A stretch of 55,876 nucleotides of DNA from Actinomycetota bacterium (GTDB lineage Bacteria; Actinomycetota; Actinomycetes; S36-B12): positions 1-55,876 of the forward strand of contig CANFTO010000002.1 in NCBI GenBank assembly GCA_947449945.1, read 5' to 3'. The notes beneath the pieces are model-generated. The model was not told where the DNA came from and made no database searches. It saw only the letters and a program-made list of their open reading frames with translations. A program made the position numbers and the translations under genes. The stretch's first letter is position 1; every line of letters begins with the position of its first letter. Shown here piece by piece: positions 9,006 through 18,148 of this stretch.

Positions 9006-10310
9006 CTAGTCTTCAGGAACTGTCTGAGTGAAGACTTCTCCGAGAAGTTCAAGTTCGGCCTCGGCTTTGAGATTTGGAATCAATTCCGAAGGCCACACGC
9101 TGTCGGTTCCCTTGTACTGACGTAGCAACTGACGAGCAACGGTCACCTGGTGCACTTCGGTTGGTCCATCTGCCAAACCCAGCACAATGCCTGAGTTCAA
9201 GAATCCCATGAGTGGCAATTCATGCGAAGTACCAATGGCTCCGTGAAGATGCACTGCGCGAATACCAATTTCGGTCATCACTCGTGAGGTCTGCACCTTG
9301 ATCGCTGCAATGTCCATGCGGACCTTCTTGTAATCATTGAGCTTGTCGATCTTCCAAGCGCAGTGAAGAACAAGCAATCGGAAAGACTGCAACTCGATGT
9401 ACGTGTCAGCAATCATCTGCTGCACTGATTCCTTTTCCGCAAGCAATGTTCCCTTGGTGTAACGGGACAGTGCGCGCTCGGCCATCATGTCGAGTGCCTT
9501 TTGGCAGTTGCCTACGGTGCGCATTGCATGGTGGACGCGGCCACCACCCAGGCGAGTCTGCGCGACAGCAAATGCTTGTCCAACGCCACCAAGGATTGCT
9601 GACTGTGGAACGCGAACATTTTCATATTTGATCAGTGCTTCAGATACATCTTCTGGGCCCTCGCCAGCCATGCCGAAGTTGTACTGAATGTTGATACCTG
9701 GGGTTTCTGCAGGAACCACAAACATGGTCATGCGACTCACCACAGGAGCATCTGGATCAGTGACAGCCATTACGATGAAGAACTTGGCCCAGCGTGCATT
9801 TGATGACCACACCTTGCGGCCGTTGATCACCCAGTCATCCCCATCTTTCACTGCACGGGTGGTAAATACTCCGGGATCAGCGCCACCTTGTGGTTCGGTC
9901 ATTGAGAAGCAAGAAACGATGTCACCCTCAAGAAGTGGCTTGAGGTACTGCGCCTTTTGCTCATCAGTTCCGTAGTGAGCAAGAATCTCGGCGTTGCCTG
10001 TGTCTGGTGCCTGGGTACCAAAGATACGTGGTGCCCAACGTGATGTTCCAAGAATTTCGTTCAGCAACGCGAGTTTCAACTGGCCGTAACCCTGACCGCC
10101 AAGGTCTGGTCCAAGGTGGCAAGCCCAGAGCTTCTTATCGCGTACTTCCTGCTTCAATGGATTGATGATTGCAGCTTGCTGCGGTGTCATATCCTTGTAA
10201 ATATCATGTGGCCAAAGTAGGTCAACCTTCTTGATCTTGGTGTTGACGAACTCTTTGGTCCAGTCAAGTAGCTCTTGGAAGTCGGAATCGACCTCGAAAT
10301 CAATTGCCAT
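9006..10310 (-). CDS. acyl-CoA dehydrogenase family protein, ACAD10/11 / LvaC-like
   Basis: FSMTEPQGGADPG and WVINGRKVWSS match the ACAD middle domain. The C-terminus reads LADGPTEVH where classical ACADs have YEGT. It is the last gene of an operon with an APH-type kinase and an SDR. Confidence 0.8.
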   Translation of the reverse strand: MAIDFEVDSDFQELLDWTKEFVNTKIKKVDLLWPHDIYKDMTPQQAAIINPLKQEVRDKKLWACHLGPDLGGQGYGQLKLALLNEILGTSRWAPRIFGTQAPDTGNAEILAHYGTDEQKAQYLKPLLEGDIVSCFSMTEPQGGADPGVFTTRAVKDGDDWVINGRKVWSSNARWAKFFIVMAVTDPDAPVVSRMTMFVVPAETPGINIQYNFGMAGEGPEDVSEALIKYENVRVPQSAILGGVGQAFAVAQTRLGGGRVHHAMRTVGNCQKALDMMAERALSRYTKGTLLAEKESVQQMIADTYIELQSFRLLVLHCAWKIDKLNDYKKVRMDIAAIKVQTSRVMTEIGIRAVHLHGAIGTSHELPLMGFLNSGIVLGLADGPTEVHQVTVARQLLRQYKGTDSVWPSELIPNLKAEAELELLGEVFTQTVPED

Positions 10311-10355
10311 GTCATTCTCCTTAGGTGATGTGTAAAGTCTTTGTGGTTACGCGAT

Positions 10356-11123
10356 TTAGTACATGCCACCATCAACGCGAATAATCGCGCAGGATGTGTA
10401 GGTCGAGGCATCAGATGCGAGATAAATTGCAGCTCCAACAATTTCGTGAGGCTCACCAATGCGCTTGAGCGAAGTAGTGCTTTGCAATCCTGCAGTCATT
10501 GATGGGACATCCCACGCTTTAGAAATGTCAGTCATCATCGTTCCTGACATCAAGGTGTTCACCCGAACCGCTGGCCCGAAAGCTTTTGCAAAACCTTCGG
10601 TCATGGTGTTCAAAGCATACTTCGCACCAGCGTAAGGAATGATTGTTGGTGAAGGGCGAATTGATCCTGATGAACTCACATTGATGATCGATCCGCGGCC
10701 TGCGGCAGCCATACGTTCGCCCATGAGTGCAGTGAGGTGATACGGGCCTTTGAAGTTGAGATTCATCACGCTGTCGAACATCTGCTCAGTGACGTCTGAA
10801 TTCTTTTCGTAAATAGGTGACATGCCCGCGTTGTTTATCAATACATCAACACGACCAAAGCGCTCGTACACCGCATCAACAAACGGCTCAATCGCATCCC
10901 ATCGACCAACATGCAACCCATAAGCCATTGTTTCAACGCCAAATTTTTCAGCGATGTCATTGGCTACGGTTTCGCAGTTTTCCAGTTTGCGAGAAGCAAT
11001 CACCACATGTGCACCTGCTTGCGCGCATCCATAGGCCATTTCCTTGCCCAGCCCGCGGCTTCCACCCGTGATGACAATGACTTTGTCTTTGAGGCTGAAC
11101 AAATTGTCAAGGTAGCTGCTCAC
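10356..11123 (-). CDS. SDR family oxidoreductase
   Basis: VIVITGGSRGLG is a TGxxxGxG cofactor motif, NNAG is present, and YAGAKYAL supplies the catalytic Y-x3-K. Confidence 0.85.
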   Translation of the reverse strand: MSSYLDNLFSLKDKVIVITGGSRGLGKEMAYGCAQAGAHVVIASRKLENCETVANDIAEKFGVETMAYGLHVGRWDAIEPFVDAVYERFGRVDVLINNAGMSPIYEKNSDVTEQMFDSVMNLNFKGPYHLTALMGERMAAAGRGSIINVSSSGSIRPSPTIIPYAGAKYALNTMTEGFAKAFGPAVRVNTLMSGTMMTDISKAWDVPSMTAGLQSTTSLKRIGEPHEIVGAAIYLASDASTYTSCAIIRVDGGMY

Positions 11124-12172
11124 TTCACACCGTCCGGCATTGTTGCTGCGAGCTCAGCTGCCTTGCTCATGAGTTCGAGTACGAGTGGCCCAAATGAGGC
11201 AAGCGATGGGTTATCGATGTTGTTCTTCACGATTCGTGCATATGACATCTCAAGAACAATCGCGAGCTTCCAACGTGCCAGCACGAGGTAGTAAGGGAAG
11301 TCTTGGGTGCTGCGCCCGCTGATCTTTTCGTAGTGAGCCAAGAGATCTTCAAGCGGTGGCATGCCCTCCACATCGAGGTAGCGCATGTATTTGGAATCCG
11401 CTGCATCTGGAGCCATCGAGCCCAATGCCCATGCGAGATCCAGGAGTGGGTCACCGATCGTGGTCATTTCCCAGTCCACAACAGCGGCTAACTTGGTCGG
11501 CACCTCATTGGTGAACATGATGTTGGCGAATTGGTAATCGCCATGCATGATGCCCGGCTCCCATGAACGTGGCTTGTGCTTGTCGAGCCAGGCTGTTGCT
11601 TCTTCCAGGCCTGGCAACTCGCGGAACTTGTAGCCATCGAGGAAGGAAATCCAGCGACTGACCTGGCGATCATGGAAGTTGTCTGGGCGACCAAAACCTT
11701 CAAGGCCTTGCGCCTTCCAATCAACCTTGGCCAGCAATGCGCAGCCTTCAACTAACGCATACGCAAGTGCCGGTCGCAGACTTAAATCTGACTTGTACGG
11801 CTCTGGCCAACCATCGCCACCTGCCGGAGACCAACCGATGATCTGCTTCATCAAATAAAACGGGATACCCAAAACGTCAGCGTCTTCGCACCCAACGACG
11901 AGCTCACCATGCGGAACATCTGTTCCCTTAAGTGAGGCCAAGAAGGTCATCTCGCGCTTGATGCCATCGGCACGACCAGAATTGCGCGGTGGAATGCGCA
12001 TCACCAGGCGCTCACCACCACGATCGACGAGGTACAACTCGTTTTGGGAACCGCCTGAAATCTTGGTCAGTTCCGGAGTCTGCCCGGCGCCTGGTCGGTT
12101 AACTGAGTCCATCCAGACCGTCAGGCGCTGCAGTTCTTCTGGGGTAAATGGGTGCTTGGTATCGGTAGCCAT
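11120..12172 (-). CDS. phosphotransferase (APH/ChoK-like kinase) of the ACAD10/11 / LvaA type
   Basis: Nucleotide-loop-like string SGGSQNELYLV, catalytic loop HGDYQFANIMF and VVDWEMTTIGDPLLDLA. There is a 4-nt overlap with the SDR gene. Confidence 0.8.
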   Translation of the reverse strand: MATDTKHPFTPEELQRLTVWMDSVNRPGAGQTPELTKISGGSQNELYLVDRGGERLVMRIPPRNSGRADGIKREMTFLASLKGTDVPHGELVVGCEDADVLGIPFYLMKQIIGWSPAGGDGWPEPYKSDLSLRPALAYALVEGCALLAKVDWKAQGLEGFGRPDNFHDRQVSRWISFLDGYKFRELPGLEEATAWLDKHKPRSWEPGIMHGDYQFANIMFTNEVPTKLAAVVDWEMTTIGDPLLDLAWALGSMAPDAADSKYMRYLDVEGMPPLEDLLAHYEKISGRSTQDFPYYLVLARWKLAIVLEMSYARIVKNNIDNPSLASFGPLVLELMSKAAELAATMPDGVK

Positions 12173-12288
12173 GGGATGAGAATAGCGTTCTTATTTCCAA
12201 GAATCTTGTTCTCTGGGAAATATCTTAAGAAATTTTCACACTTCGGGCCCACGGAAGGTTCAGCCTTTGACCCACTAGTTTTACTGGC

Positions 12289-13044
12289 ATGCAGCTTGCC
12301 TTTGAATTCCTTGTCGCCATTGCGGCAGGAGTACTCGCAGGTTCAACCGGCGGTGGCGGCGGAATGCTCTTCGTACCCATTTTGATCGTGAGCGGCCTGA
12401 GCCCGGTCGCTGCCATCGCTACCAGCAACATCGGTGTGTTTGTTACTGCCGTCTCAGCCACCTTTTCAAATGCTCGGGCACGTCAGGTTCCTTGGCGCCG
12501 GGCTTTCATGATTGGCATTCCAGCCGTCGTGATTGCACCACTTGGTGCCTGGGTGGCCCATAAACTTCCTGATGCGGCGCTGCTCCTTGGCTTTGCATTA
12601 CTCAACATCATCAACGTCGTCCTCACCAATCGCCGTACTGGCGCAGCAGCTGAAGAACATGACCAACACACCAATGATGCATCGATTGCTCAAATCACGG
12701 TAACTGGTGGTTCTGGTGGATTCCTAGCTGGACTTTTTGGCATTGGTGGCGGACTCATTACGGTGCCGTTACAGATTCTTTGGCTCAATACGCCCATCAA
12801 AGTTGCCGCTCGCGTTTCACTTGCAGTCATCATGTTTTCCAGTGGCGCCGCCCTTGTGGGACACGTCATTAATAATGCAGATATTCATTGGAGTACCGGG
12901 CTGGTTCTGGGCGTAGGCGGGTTGATCGGCGCACCGATAGGCAGCAAATTACTTCGCAGAATGTCCCCAAAGGCTGCTACCCGACTACTTCAGATCGTGC
13001 TTATTGGCGTCTCGATATATGTGATCTACCGAGCGTTTACCTAG
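12289..13044 (+). CDS. TauE/SafE family sulfite-exporter-type membrane permease
   Basis: About 8 hydrophobic segments with duplicated Gly-rich strings (GSTGGGGGMLFVP; GGFLAGLFGIGGGLITVP), as is typical of TauE/SafE (DUF81). Confidence 0.8.
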   Translation: MQLAFEFLVAIAAGVLAGSTGGGGGMLFVPILIVSGLSPVAAIATSNIGVFVTAVSATFSNARARQVPWRRAFMIGIPAVVIAPLGAWVAHKLPDAALLLGFALLNIINVVLTNRRTGAAAEEHDQHTNDASIAQITVTGGSGGFLAGLFGIGGGLITVPLQILWLNTPIKVAARVSLAVIMFSSGAALVGHVINNADIHWSTGLVLGVGGLIGAPIGSKLLRRMSPKAATRLLQIVLIGVSIYVIYRAFT

Positions 13045-13052
13045 GCGAACTC

Positions 13053-13868
13053 TTAACTCGATTGTGGATCCAACAAACCTTTGACACGCGCAGCAATGAC
13101 TGCATCTTCGCGTGAGTTCACACCAAGGCTGCGATACAGCCGCAATGTTTCTTGACGAATTGTTGATTCACTGAATCCAAGTTCGCGTGCAATAGATTTA
13201 TTCGTCTTGCCATCTTGAATGCGTTCCAAGATCCGCTGTTGACGTTCAGTGAATTCAACTTCACCTTCAGGAACACTCACAAGTGTCTTTCGCGCATTAG
13301 AACCCTTAGCCATCGCAACACGCAATTCAAGCAAACTCACAATCGACGACATGAAGGGAGCGCTCGCCGGATTCTCAGGCAACGACTCTTTGAACGTCAC
13401 GATGAGCACATACTCCGGAATGTTGACGCGATTGAGTGGAGCAATGACAACTCCACCTTTGTGGTGCGTTCCAAGAACAGCTGGAACGAGCTCATCTCCC
13501 TCACTTGCATCCACGACCCAGGTTGTCCGGCCAAATGACAGGACAGAGGCCAATTCTGGGTTATTTTCAAGTGCTACTTCTGTCAGCAGCGCAGTATCAG
13601 CCACACCGTACGAAGACTTCAATTGCAAGGTACCGCGTGCATCCATGCCATACAACAGCACTTCCTCACATCCCCAAAAGTCGAATATTCGCAAGGCTAA
13701 AAGCCTTGTTAACTCATCCCAAGAAGGGTTTGCAACGAGTGCTTGGGAGAGCAACGTAAATCGTTCGATGCGATCTGGCAGTGGCTGAATTGTGGTCACA
13801 CGATCACAGTAGTCAGTATCCGGACAATTGCTAGACCTACCGCGAGCCGCGAGCCCGCACGTAATCAC
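13053..13868 (-). CDS. LuxR-family transcriptional regulator with an N-terminal GAF-like sensor domain
   Basis: C-terminal HTH: LTERQQRILERIQDGKTNKSIARELGFSESTIRQETLRLYRSLGV. The GTG at 13868 overlaps the vWA gene by 32 nt, and an alternative GTG at 13799 is possible. Confidence 0.7.
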   Translation of the reverse strand: MITCGLAARGRSSNCPDTDYCDRVTTIQPLPDRIERFTLLSQALVANPSWDELTRLLALRIFDFWGCEEVLLYGMDARGTLQLKSSYGVADTALLTEVALENNPELASVLSFGRTTWVVDASEGDELVPAVLGTHHKGGVVIAPLNRVNIPEYVLIVTFKESLPENPASAPFMSSIVSLLELRVAMAKGSNARKTLVSVPEGEVEFTERQQRILERIQDGKTNKSIARELGFSESTIRQETLRLYRSLGVNSREDAVIAARVKGLLDPQSS

Positions 13869-15786
13869 TCACAACGTAATCGCCCAGTCGATCTCCCGAG
13901 GCAGCTAACACTCGCCCACCATTGCGTCGAGCCATCTGATCTAAGAAACGCTCCAGACTTGGGTCATCGCCCAAACGGAACCAAGAAATAGGCACTCGTC
14001 GACGAGTCATTAAGTCAACCTGAGCAACGGTCAGCGCAATCGTTTCATCGCTTGGCGGCCAACTGAAGTTTGAATAGCCTTCATCATCGATGTGGGCCGT
14101 TGGCTCACCATCCGTGACCACCATGACTACTCGCTGCGCACCATGATGCTTATCCAAGAAGCGACCGGCCAGCATTAAGGCGTGATGCAGATTCGTTCCT
14201 TGGATGTAACTTGCCTCTAGGTCAGGCAATTCATGTGGTTTCACTATCTGGGCAATATTTGCGAAGGAAATGATTTCCAAGGCATCGAGTGGATAGGCAG
14301 TTTGCGCAAGTGCATGCAAAGCGAGCGCCATTGTTTTCGCCGATCGCCAAGTATCGCTCATCACCATAGAAAAAGATTGGTCAATCAACAATGCCACGGC
14401 CGCGCGAGTGCGAGTTTCGGTTTCATGTACTTCGAAATCTTCTGCAGAAAGAGAAAGGGTCGCCGAGTTACTCATGATCTTGCGATTCACAGCATTACGC
14501 ACAGTCTTCACAACATCGATCGGCTGCTCATCACCAAACTGCCACGGCCTAGTCATTCCCGTAATTTCACCCGCAGCACCAGTGCGATGCACACTGTGGT
14601 CGCCACGCGAAGAGGCATCGAGCGAAGAAAACACCTGACGCAGCGCCGTTTGACCAATGCGCCGTACTGCTTTTGGCGTGAGTTCGAGGTGGTCACCATC
14701 GCGTTGCAGAAAGCCCTCATCTTCCAATTGCTTTTGTATCTCGCGCATAGCCCGCAAATCATCAACGGCCTGGCGCCCGAGAGCCCGAGCAACAGCTGCT
14801 TCATCAATATTGTCGAGATTCGCGCGGGCATCACTGTCAGATAACTGATCCATGATCGACTCAAGATCAGCGAGCTCTGCAAGGGCTTGGGTTGCATCAG
14901 GAAGACCCAGCGGTTCATCACCGCTCATGCGTTGCTGGCCGGACCAGGAAAATTCAGGGCGCATGGTCTGAAGGTTTTCTTGAAGCCGAGACATCTCATC
15001 TTGCAAGCCCATATCCGCGAGGGCCTCCGCCATGGCTTCAGCGAGCTCTGCGCGTTGCTCTGGACTGAGGGAATCCATCATGCGCTGCATAGCCGCTGCC
15101 TGACGGGCGAGTTCATCAATGAATTCGGAGAGTGTCTCTGGAGCCTCAGGGAAAAAGTCTTTGTGCTTTTCTTTGAAGTCCTCGTAATCCTGCGAGGCAT
15201 CCTCCCCCTGCCGATGCTTTTCCAGCATGGCGTTGAGGTCTTGCATCATCTCCTTCATCGCTGCCTTTGATTCAGGAGTATTCATTTGCTTCATGCTCTG
15301 CGTCATGTTCTTGAATTGCTGATCAAGCACATCACGCTGGAGACGATCCTTTAATTGATCAAAGGATTGCTGAGCTTGAGGAGACTGCCAGTCGTAATTT
15401 GCAAGCTGCTGGACGGCACGCCCAATTTCATCAGGCACGGTGTCGAGCATCGCTTCACGAAAACGTGCGTCATCTGATGGATCAGGAAAGAGTGCTGCTC
15501 GTTCTTGAGTGAGCGCATCATCGAGCAACTGACGTAGGTCAGTGAGTAGGCCATCCATACGCCCTGACTTTTCAAGTTCTTTTCTGCGCTGCTGAGCCTT
15601 GCGGAACATGTCACGCAACCCATCACGATTGTTCACTCCGTCGCGGAACATGTCACGAAAGGCATCTGTCAGTGACTGACCATCGAGCAGACGTCGGCCA
15701 ATCTCGTCTACACCGCCGCCCGCATCAACAGGGGCGGCTAGCGGATCGGGCCCATCATGAAAGGACCCGTATTGAAATCGGCTCAT
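13837..15786 (-). CDS. vWA-domain protein with a long acidic helical N-terminal region (BchD/CobT-like architecture without the AAA part)
   Basis: C-terminal vWA domain with the MIDAS string LLIDQSFSM (DxSxS) and VVMVVTDGEPT. The ~400-aa N-terminal region is rich in E/D/Q/M. There is a 4-nt overlap with the upstream AAA+ gene. Confidence 0.8.
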   Translation of the reverse strand: MSRFQYGSFHDGPDPLAAPVDAGGGVDEIGRRLLDGQSLTDAFRDMFRDGVNNRDGLRDMFRKAQQRRKELEKSGRMDGLLTDLRQLLDDALTQERAALFPDPSDDARFREAMLDTVPDEIGRAVQQLANYDWQSPQAQQSFDQLKDRLQRDVLDQQFKNMTQSMKQMNTPESKAAMKEMMQDLNAMLEKHRQGEDASQDYEDFKEKHKDFFPEAPETLSEFIDELARQAAAMQRMMDSLSPEQRAELAEAMAEALADMGLQDEMSRLQENLQTMRPEFSWSGQQRMSGDEPLGLPDATQALAELADLESIMDQLSDSDARANLDNIDEAAVARALGRQAVDDLRAMREIQKQLEDEGFLQRDGDHLELTPKAVRRIGQTALRQVFSSLDASSRGDHSVHRTGAAGEITGMTRPWQFGDEQPIDVVKTVRNAVNRKIMSNSATLSLSAEDFEVHETETRTRAAVALLIDQSFSMVMSDTWRSAKTMALALHALAQTAYPLDALEIISFANIAQIVKPHELPDLEASYIQGTNLHHALMLAGRFLDKHHGAQRVVMVVTDGEPTAHIDDEGYSNFSWPPSDETIALTVAQVDLMTRRRVPISWFRLGDDPSLERFLDQMARRNGGRVLAASGDRLGDYVVSDYVRARGSR

Positions 15787-17207
15787 GAGGCTCCGTAGCG
15801 AATAACCCCATCAACTGCGTCTTTATCAATTCGACGGGTCAGCCACAGGCCTTCAATCGCAAACTCAACGCAGGCGGCGGCAAGACCGGATGATTCGGCT
15901 AAGTGCGGCTCAACTGTCTGCATGAGTTTGCCCAGACCTTCGAATTGACCGAGTTCACCAAGCAGCGATGCACCTGGAGTGATGTCACCCGTTTGTAAGG
16001 TGTTGCCCTCATCGAACCACTCGACAAGTGAAGTCAGCACTGGACGAATGTCATTGCCACCGAGCAGTTGGCGCCAGGTTTCAGCAGTGGCCTTGCGAGC
16101 AAGATGGATCAACAGCTCTTGCTCGCGACCCTCTTCGCTGACATCGAACTCGACCTTGCCCCGCAAGGTAGGTACAACACCCATGAGATCGCCGATCCGA
16201 GCAACGGGATCCTTCTCTCCTGTGATCGCCGAACGACGCAGCGCAGCTCCCGAGAGAGCTTCGGTGCAAGCAATAGCAAAGCGAGCTGAAACGCCACTTC
16301 GCTGATCAATAGAAGACGAGTTGCGCACTTCTGTGGTGAAGCGCGCGACCACGTCATACATGTGGTCAGGAATAACTGCTTGCACATTTGCTTCCTGACG
16401 AATCAAATCAATTTCATCATCAAGCAGGAGCGGATAGTGCGTGCGAATTTCCGCACCGAAGCGGTCCTTCAGCGGAGTGATGATGCGACCACGATTGGTG
16501 TAATCCTCAGGGTTCGCGCTCGCAACAACAAGGAGATCAAGTGGCAAACGCAAGTTATAGCCGCGCACCTGGATATCACGCTCTTCCAGCACATTCAAAA
16601 GCGCAACCTGAATGCGCTCAGCCAAGTCTGGGAGTTCGTTCATTGCGAAGATGCCGCGGTTCGTGCGTGGCACCAAGCCGTAGTGCACTGTTTCTGGATC
16701 ACCCAGGCTGCGCCCTTCGGCAACCTTGACCGGATCAACGTCACCGATGAGATCAGCGACCGAAGTATCAGGAGTTGCAAGTTTCTCGCCAAACCGTTGA
16801 CTGCGATGGCGCCATGAAACCGGGAGGTCATCACCAAGTTCAGCTGCTTGGCGGCGGCAACCCGCACAAATCGGTTCCAGCGGGTCGTCATTGATCTCGC
16901 AACCCTCGACAACCGGGATCCACTCGTCAAGCAATTGAGTCAACGTACGAATCAATCGAGTTTTGCCCTGACCGCGCTCGCCCAACAACACAAGGTCATG
17001 GCCAGCGAGAATTGATCTCTCTACCTGTGGAATTACGGTGTCTTCAAAGCCCACGATGCCGGGCAGGCTTGGTACGCCTTCACGTAGGCGAGTGAGCAGA
17101 TTTGCTTGCATCTCTTGCTTCACCGTGCGCGATTGGTACCCGGAGGCCACAAGTGCGCTGAGCGTGCGAGGAAAATCGGCTGGGACAGATGGGGCGAAAT
17201 TGGTCAC
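15783..17207 (-). CDS. AAA+ ATPase, ChlI/MoxR-like (chelatase-type motor)
   Basis: GTG start. Walker A reads LLGERGQGKT, and ASANPEDYTNRGRIITPLKDRF is the sensor/Arg-finger region typical of the ChlI/MoxR clade. A Cys cluster CEINDDPLEPICAGC is also present. Confidence 0.8.
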   Translation of the reverse strand: MTNFAPSVPADFPRTLSALVASGYQSRTVKQEMQANLLTRLREGVPSLPGIVGFEDTVIPQVERSILAGHDLVLLGERGQGKTRLIRTLTQLLDEWIPVVEGCEINDDPLEPICAGCRRQAAELGDDLPVSWRHRSQRFGEKLATPDTSVADLIGDVDPVKVAEGRSLGDPETVHYGLVPRTNRGIFAMNELPDLAERIQVALLNVLEERDIQVRGYNLRLPLDLLVVASANPEDYTNRGRIITPLKDRFGAEIRTHYPLLLDDEIDLIRQEANVQAVIPDHMYDVVARFTTEVRNSSSIDQRSGVSARFAIACTEALSGAALRRSAITGEKDPVARIGDLMGVVPTLRGKVEFDVSEEGREQELLIHLARKATAETWRQLLGGNDIRPVLTSLVEWFDEGNTLQTGDITPGASLLGELGQFEGLGKLMQTVEPHLAESSGLAAACVEFAIEGLWLTRRIDKDAVDGVIRYGAS

Positions 17208-17273
17208 CTGCTGACCGTACGGTGATCTCCGTGATCGCGCTATAGATTCGCACGGAAAACTCGAAAGGATCGC

Positions 17274-18122
17274 TTACAGCGAATTGGCGAAGACCACGAC
17301 GTTGCGCCCCTGGGATTTGGCTGAATACAGGGCTGCATCTGCACGGCGCAACGCATCATCAATGGACTCGCCAGGAATCCAAAGAGCCGCCCCTGCTGAA
17401 AATGAGGCTGGAATCTTCAGGGCATCCGTGGTGATGTCAGCTCGTGTTACGACATTTTGAAGCCGTCCCATGATGCGTTCTGCTTCATCGATTGGCGCGT
17501 TGAGCACCACGAGAAATTCGTCACCTCCCCATCGTCCAACGAAATCATTCTTGCTGATTGATCCAGCTAATCGCCCAGCAATCGCTTTGATGTAACTGTC
17601 ACCAACAAGGTGCCCATACTCATCATTAACTTTTTTGAGATTGTCCAAGTCAATAATGACGAGTGAGCGTTCTTGAGTCGATTCATATTCAAGGCGCGAA
17701 AGCAACCCTCGACGATTGAGTAACTCTGTGAGTTGGTCTGTATCAGCTAATTCACGCATCTGCGATGCGAAAGCCGCCTCTTGCAGAGCCGCCACTAATG
17801 CTTTTTCTCGCATCATTCGGAGGCGCACTGCGTAGATTGCAAGGAGTCCAACAATCGTGATGATGATCAATCGAACCGTCTGAGCTTGAGCATTCCCATC
17901 ACTTGCTAAGTGCCCGAAACTCCATGCCGATAACACCGTGATGAGGGAAATAATCGCCGTGGTCCAAATAGTGCCGAATACCGCAGCGAACATTGGAACA
18001 ACTGCCAAAACGCCTACATACGCAGTCTTGGGTCCTTCAATTGTGTCTGCGGTCAAAATGATGGCGATAAAAACTAAGGGAGCCACGATGGACAACATGA
18101 AATTCGTGGTGCTCTTACTCAT
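17274..18122 (-). CDS. membrane-anchored diguanylate cyclase (GGDEF)
   Basis: About 4 N-terminal TM helices, then a coiled linker and a GGDEF domain (LVIIDLDNLKKVNDEYGH ... RWGGDEFLVV). Confidence 0.85.
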   Translation of the reverse strand: MSKSTTNFMLSIVAPLVFIAIILTADTIEGPKTAYVGVLAVVPMFAAVFGTIWTTAIISLITVLSAWSFGHLASDGNAQAQTVRLIIITIVGLLAIYAVRLRMMREKALVAALQEAAFASQMRELADTDQLTELLNRRGLLSRLEYESTQERSLVIIDLDNLKKVNDEYGHLVGDSYIKAIAGRLAGSISKNDFVGRWGGDEFLVVLNAPIDEAERIMGRLQNVVTRADITTDALKIPASFSAGAALWIPGESIDDALRRADAALYSAKSQGRNVVVFANSL

Positions 18123-18148
18123 GTAGCCCCCTGTGCGTCCGTCAGTGA

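Noticed and set aside
13249-13788. Long antisense ORFs inside well-supported genes. Examples: 13249-13788 (+) opposite LuxR, 14233-14844 (+) opposite vWA, 18590-19111 (+), 23262-23771 (+), 38181-38675 (+), 40079-40588 (-) and 40813-41166 (+).
   Set aside because: Each is fully contained in, or antisense to, an ORF with clear family motifs. Their translations are Arg/Ser/Pro/Cys-rich and low in complexity, with no recognisable domains. They look like typical shadow ORFs of moderately GC-rich DNA.
13837-17207. Reading the AAA+/vWA pair as a magnesium chelatase for (bacterio)chlorophyll synthesis, which would fit a phototrophic lifestyle.
   Set aside because: There is no ChlH/BchH-type large subunit or any other chlorophyll gene. 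The light-harvesting protein present is retinal-based. The vWA protein lacks the BchD AAA module.
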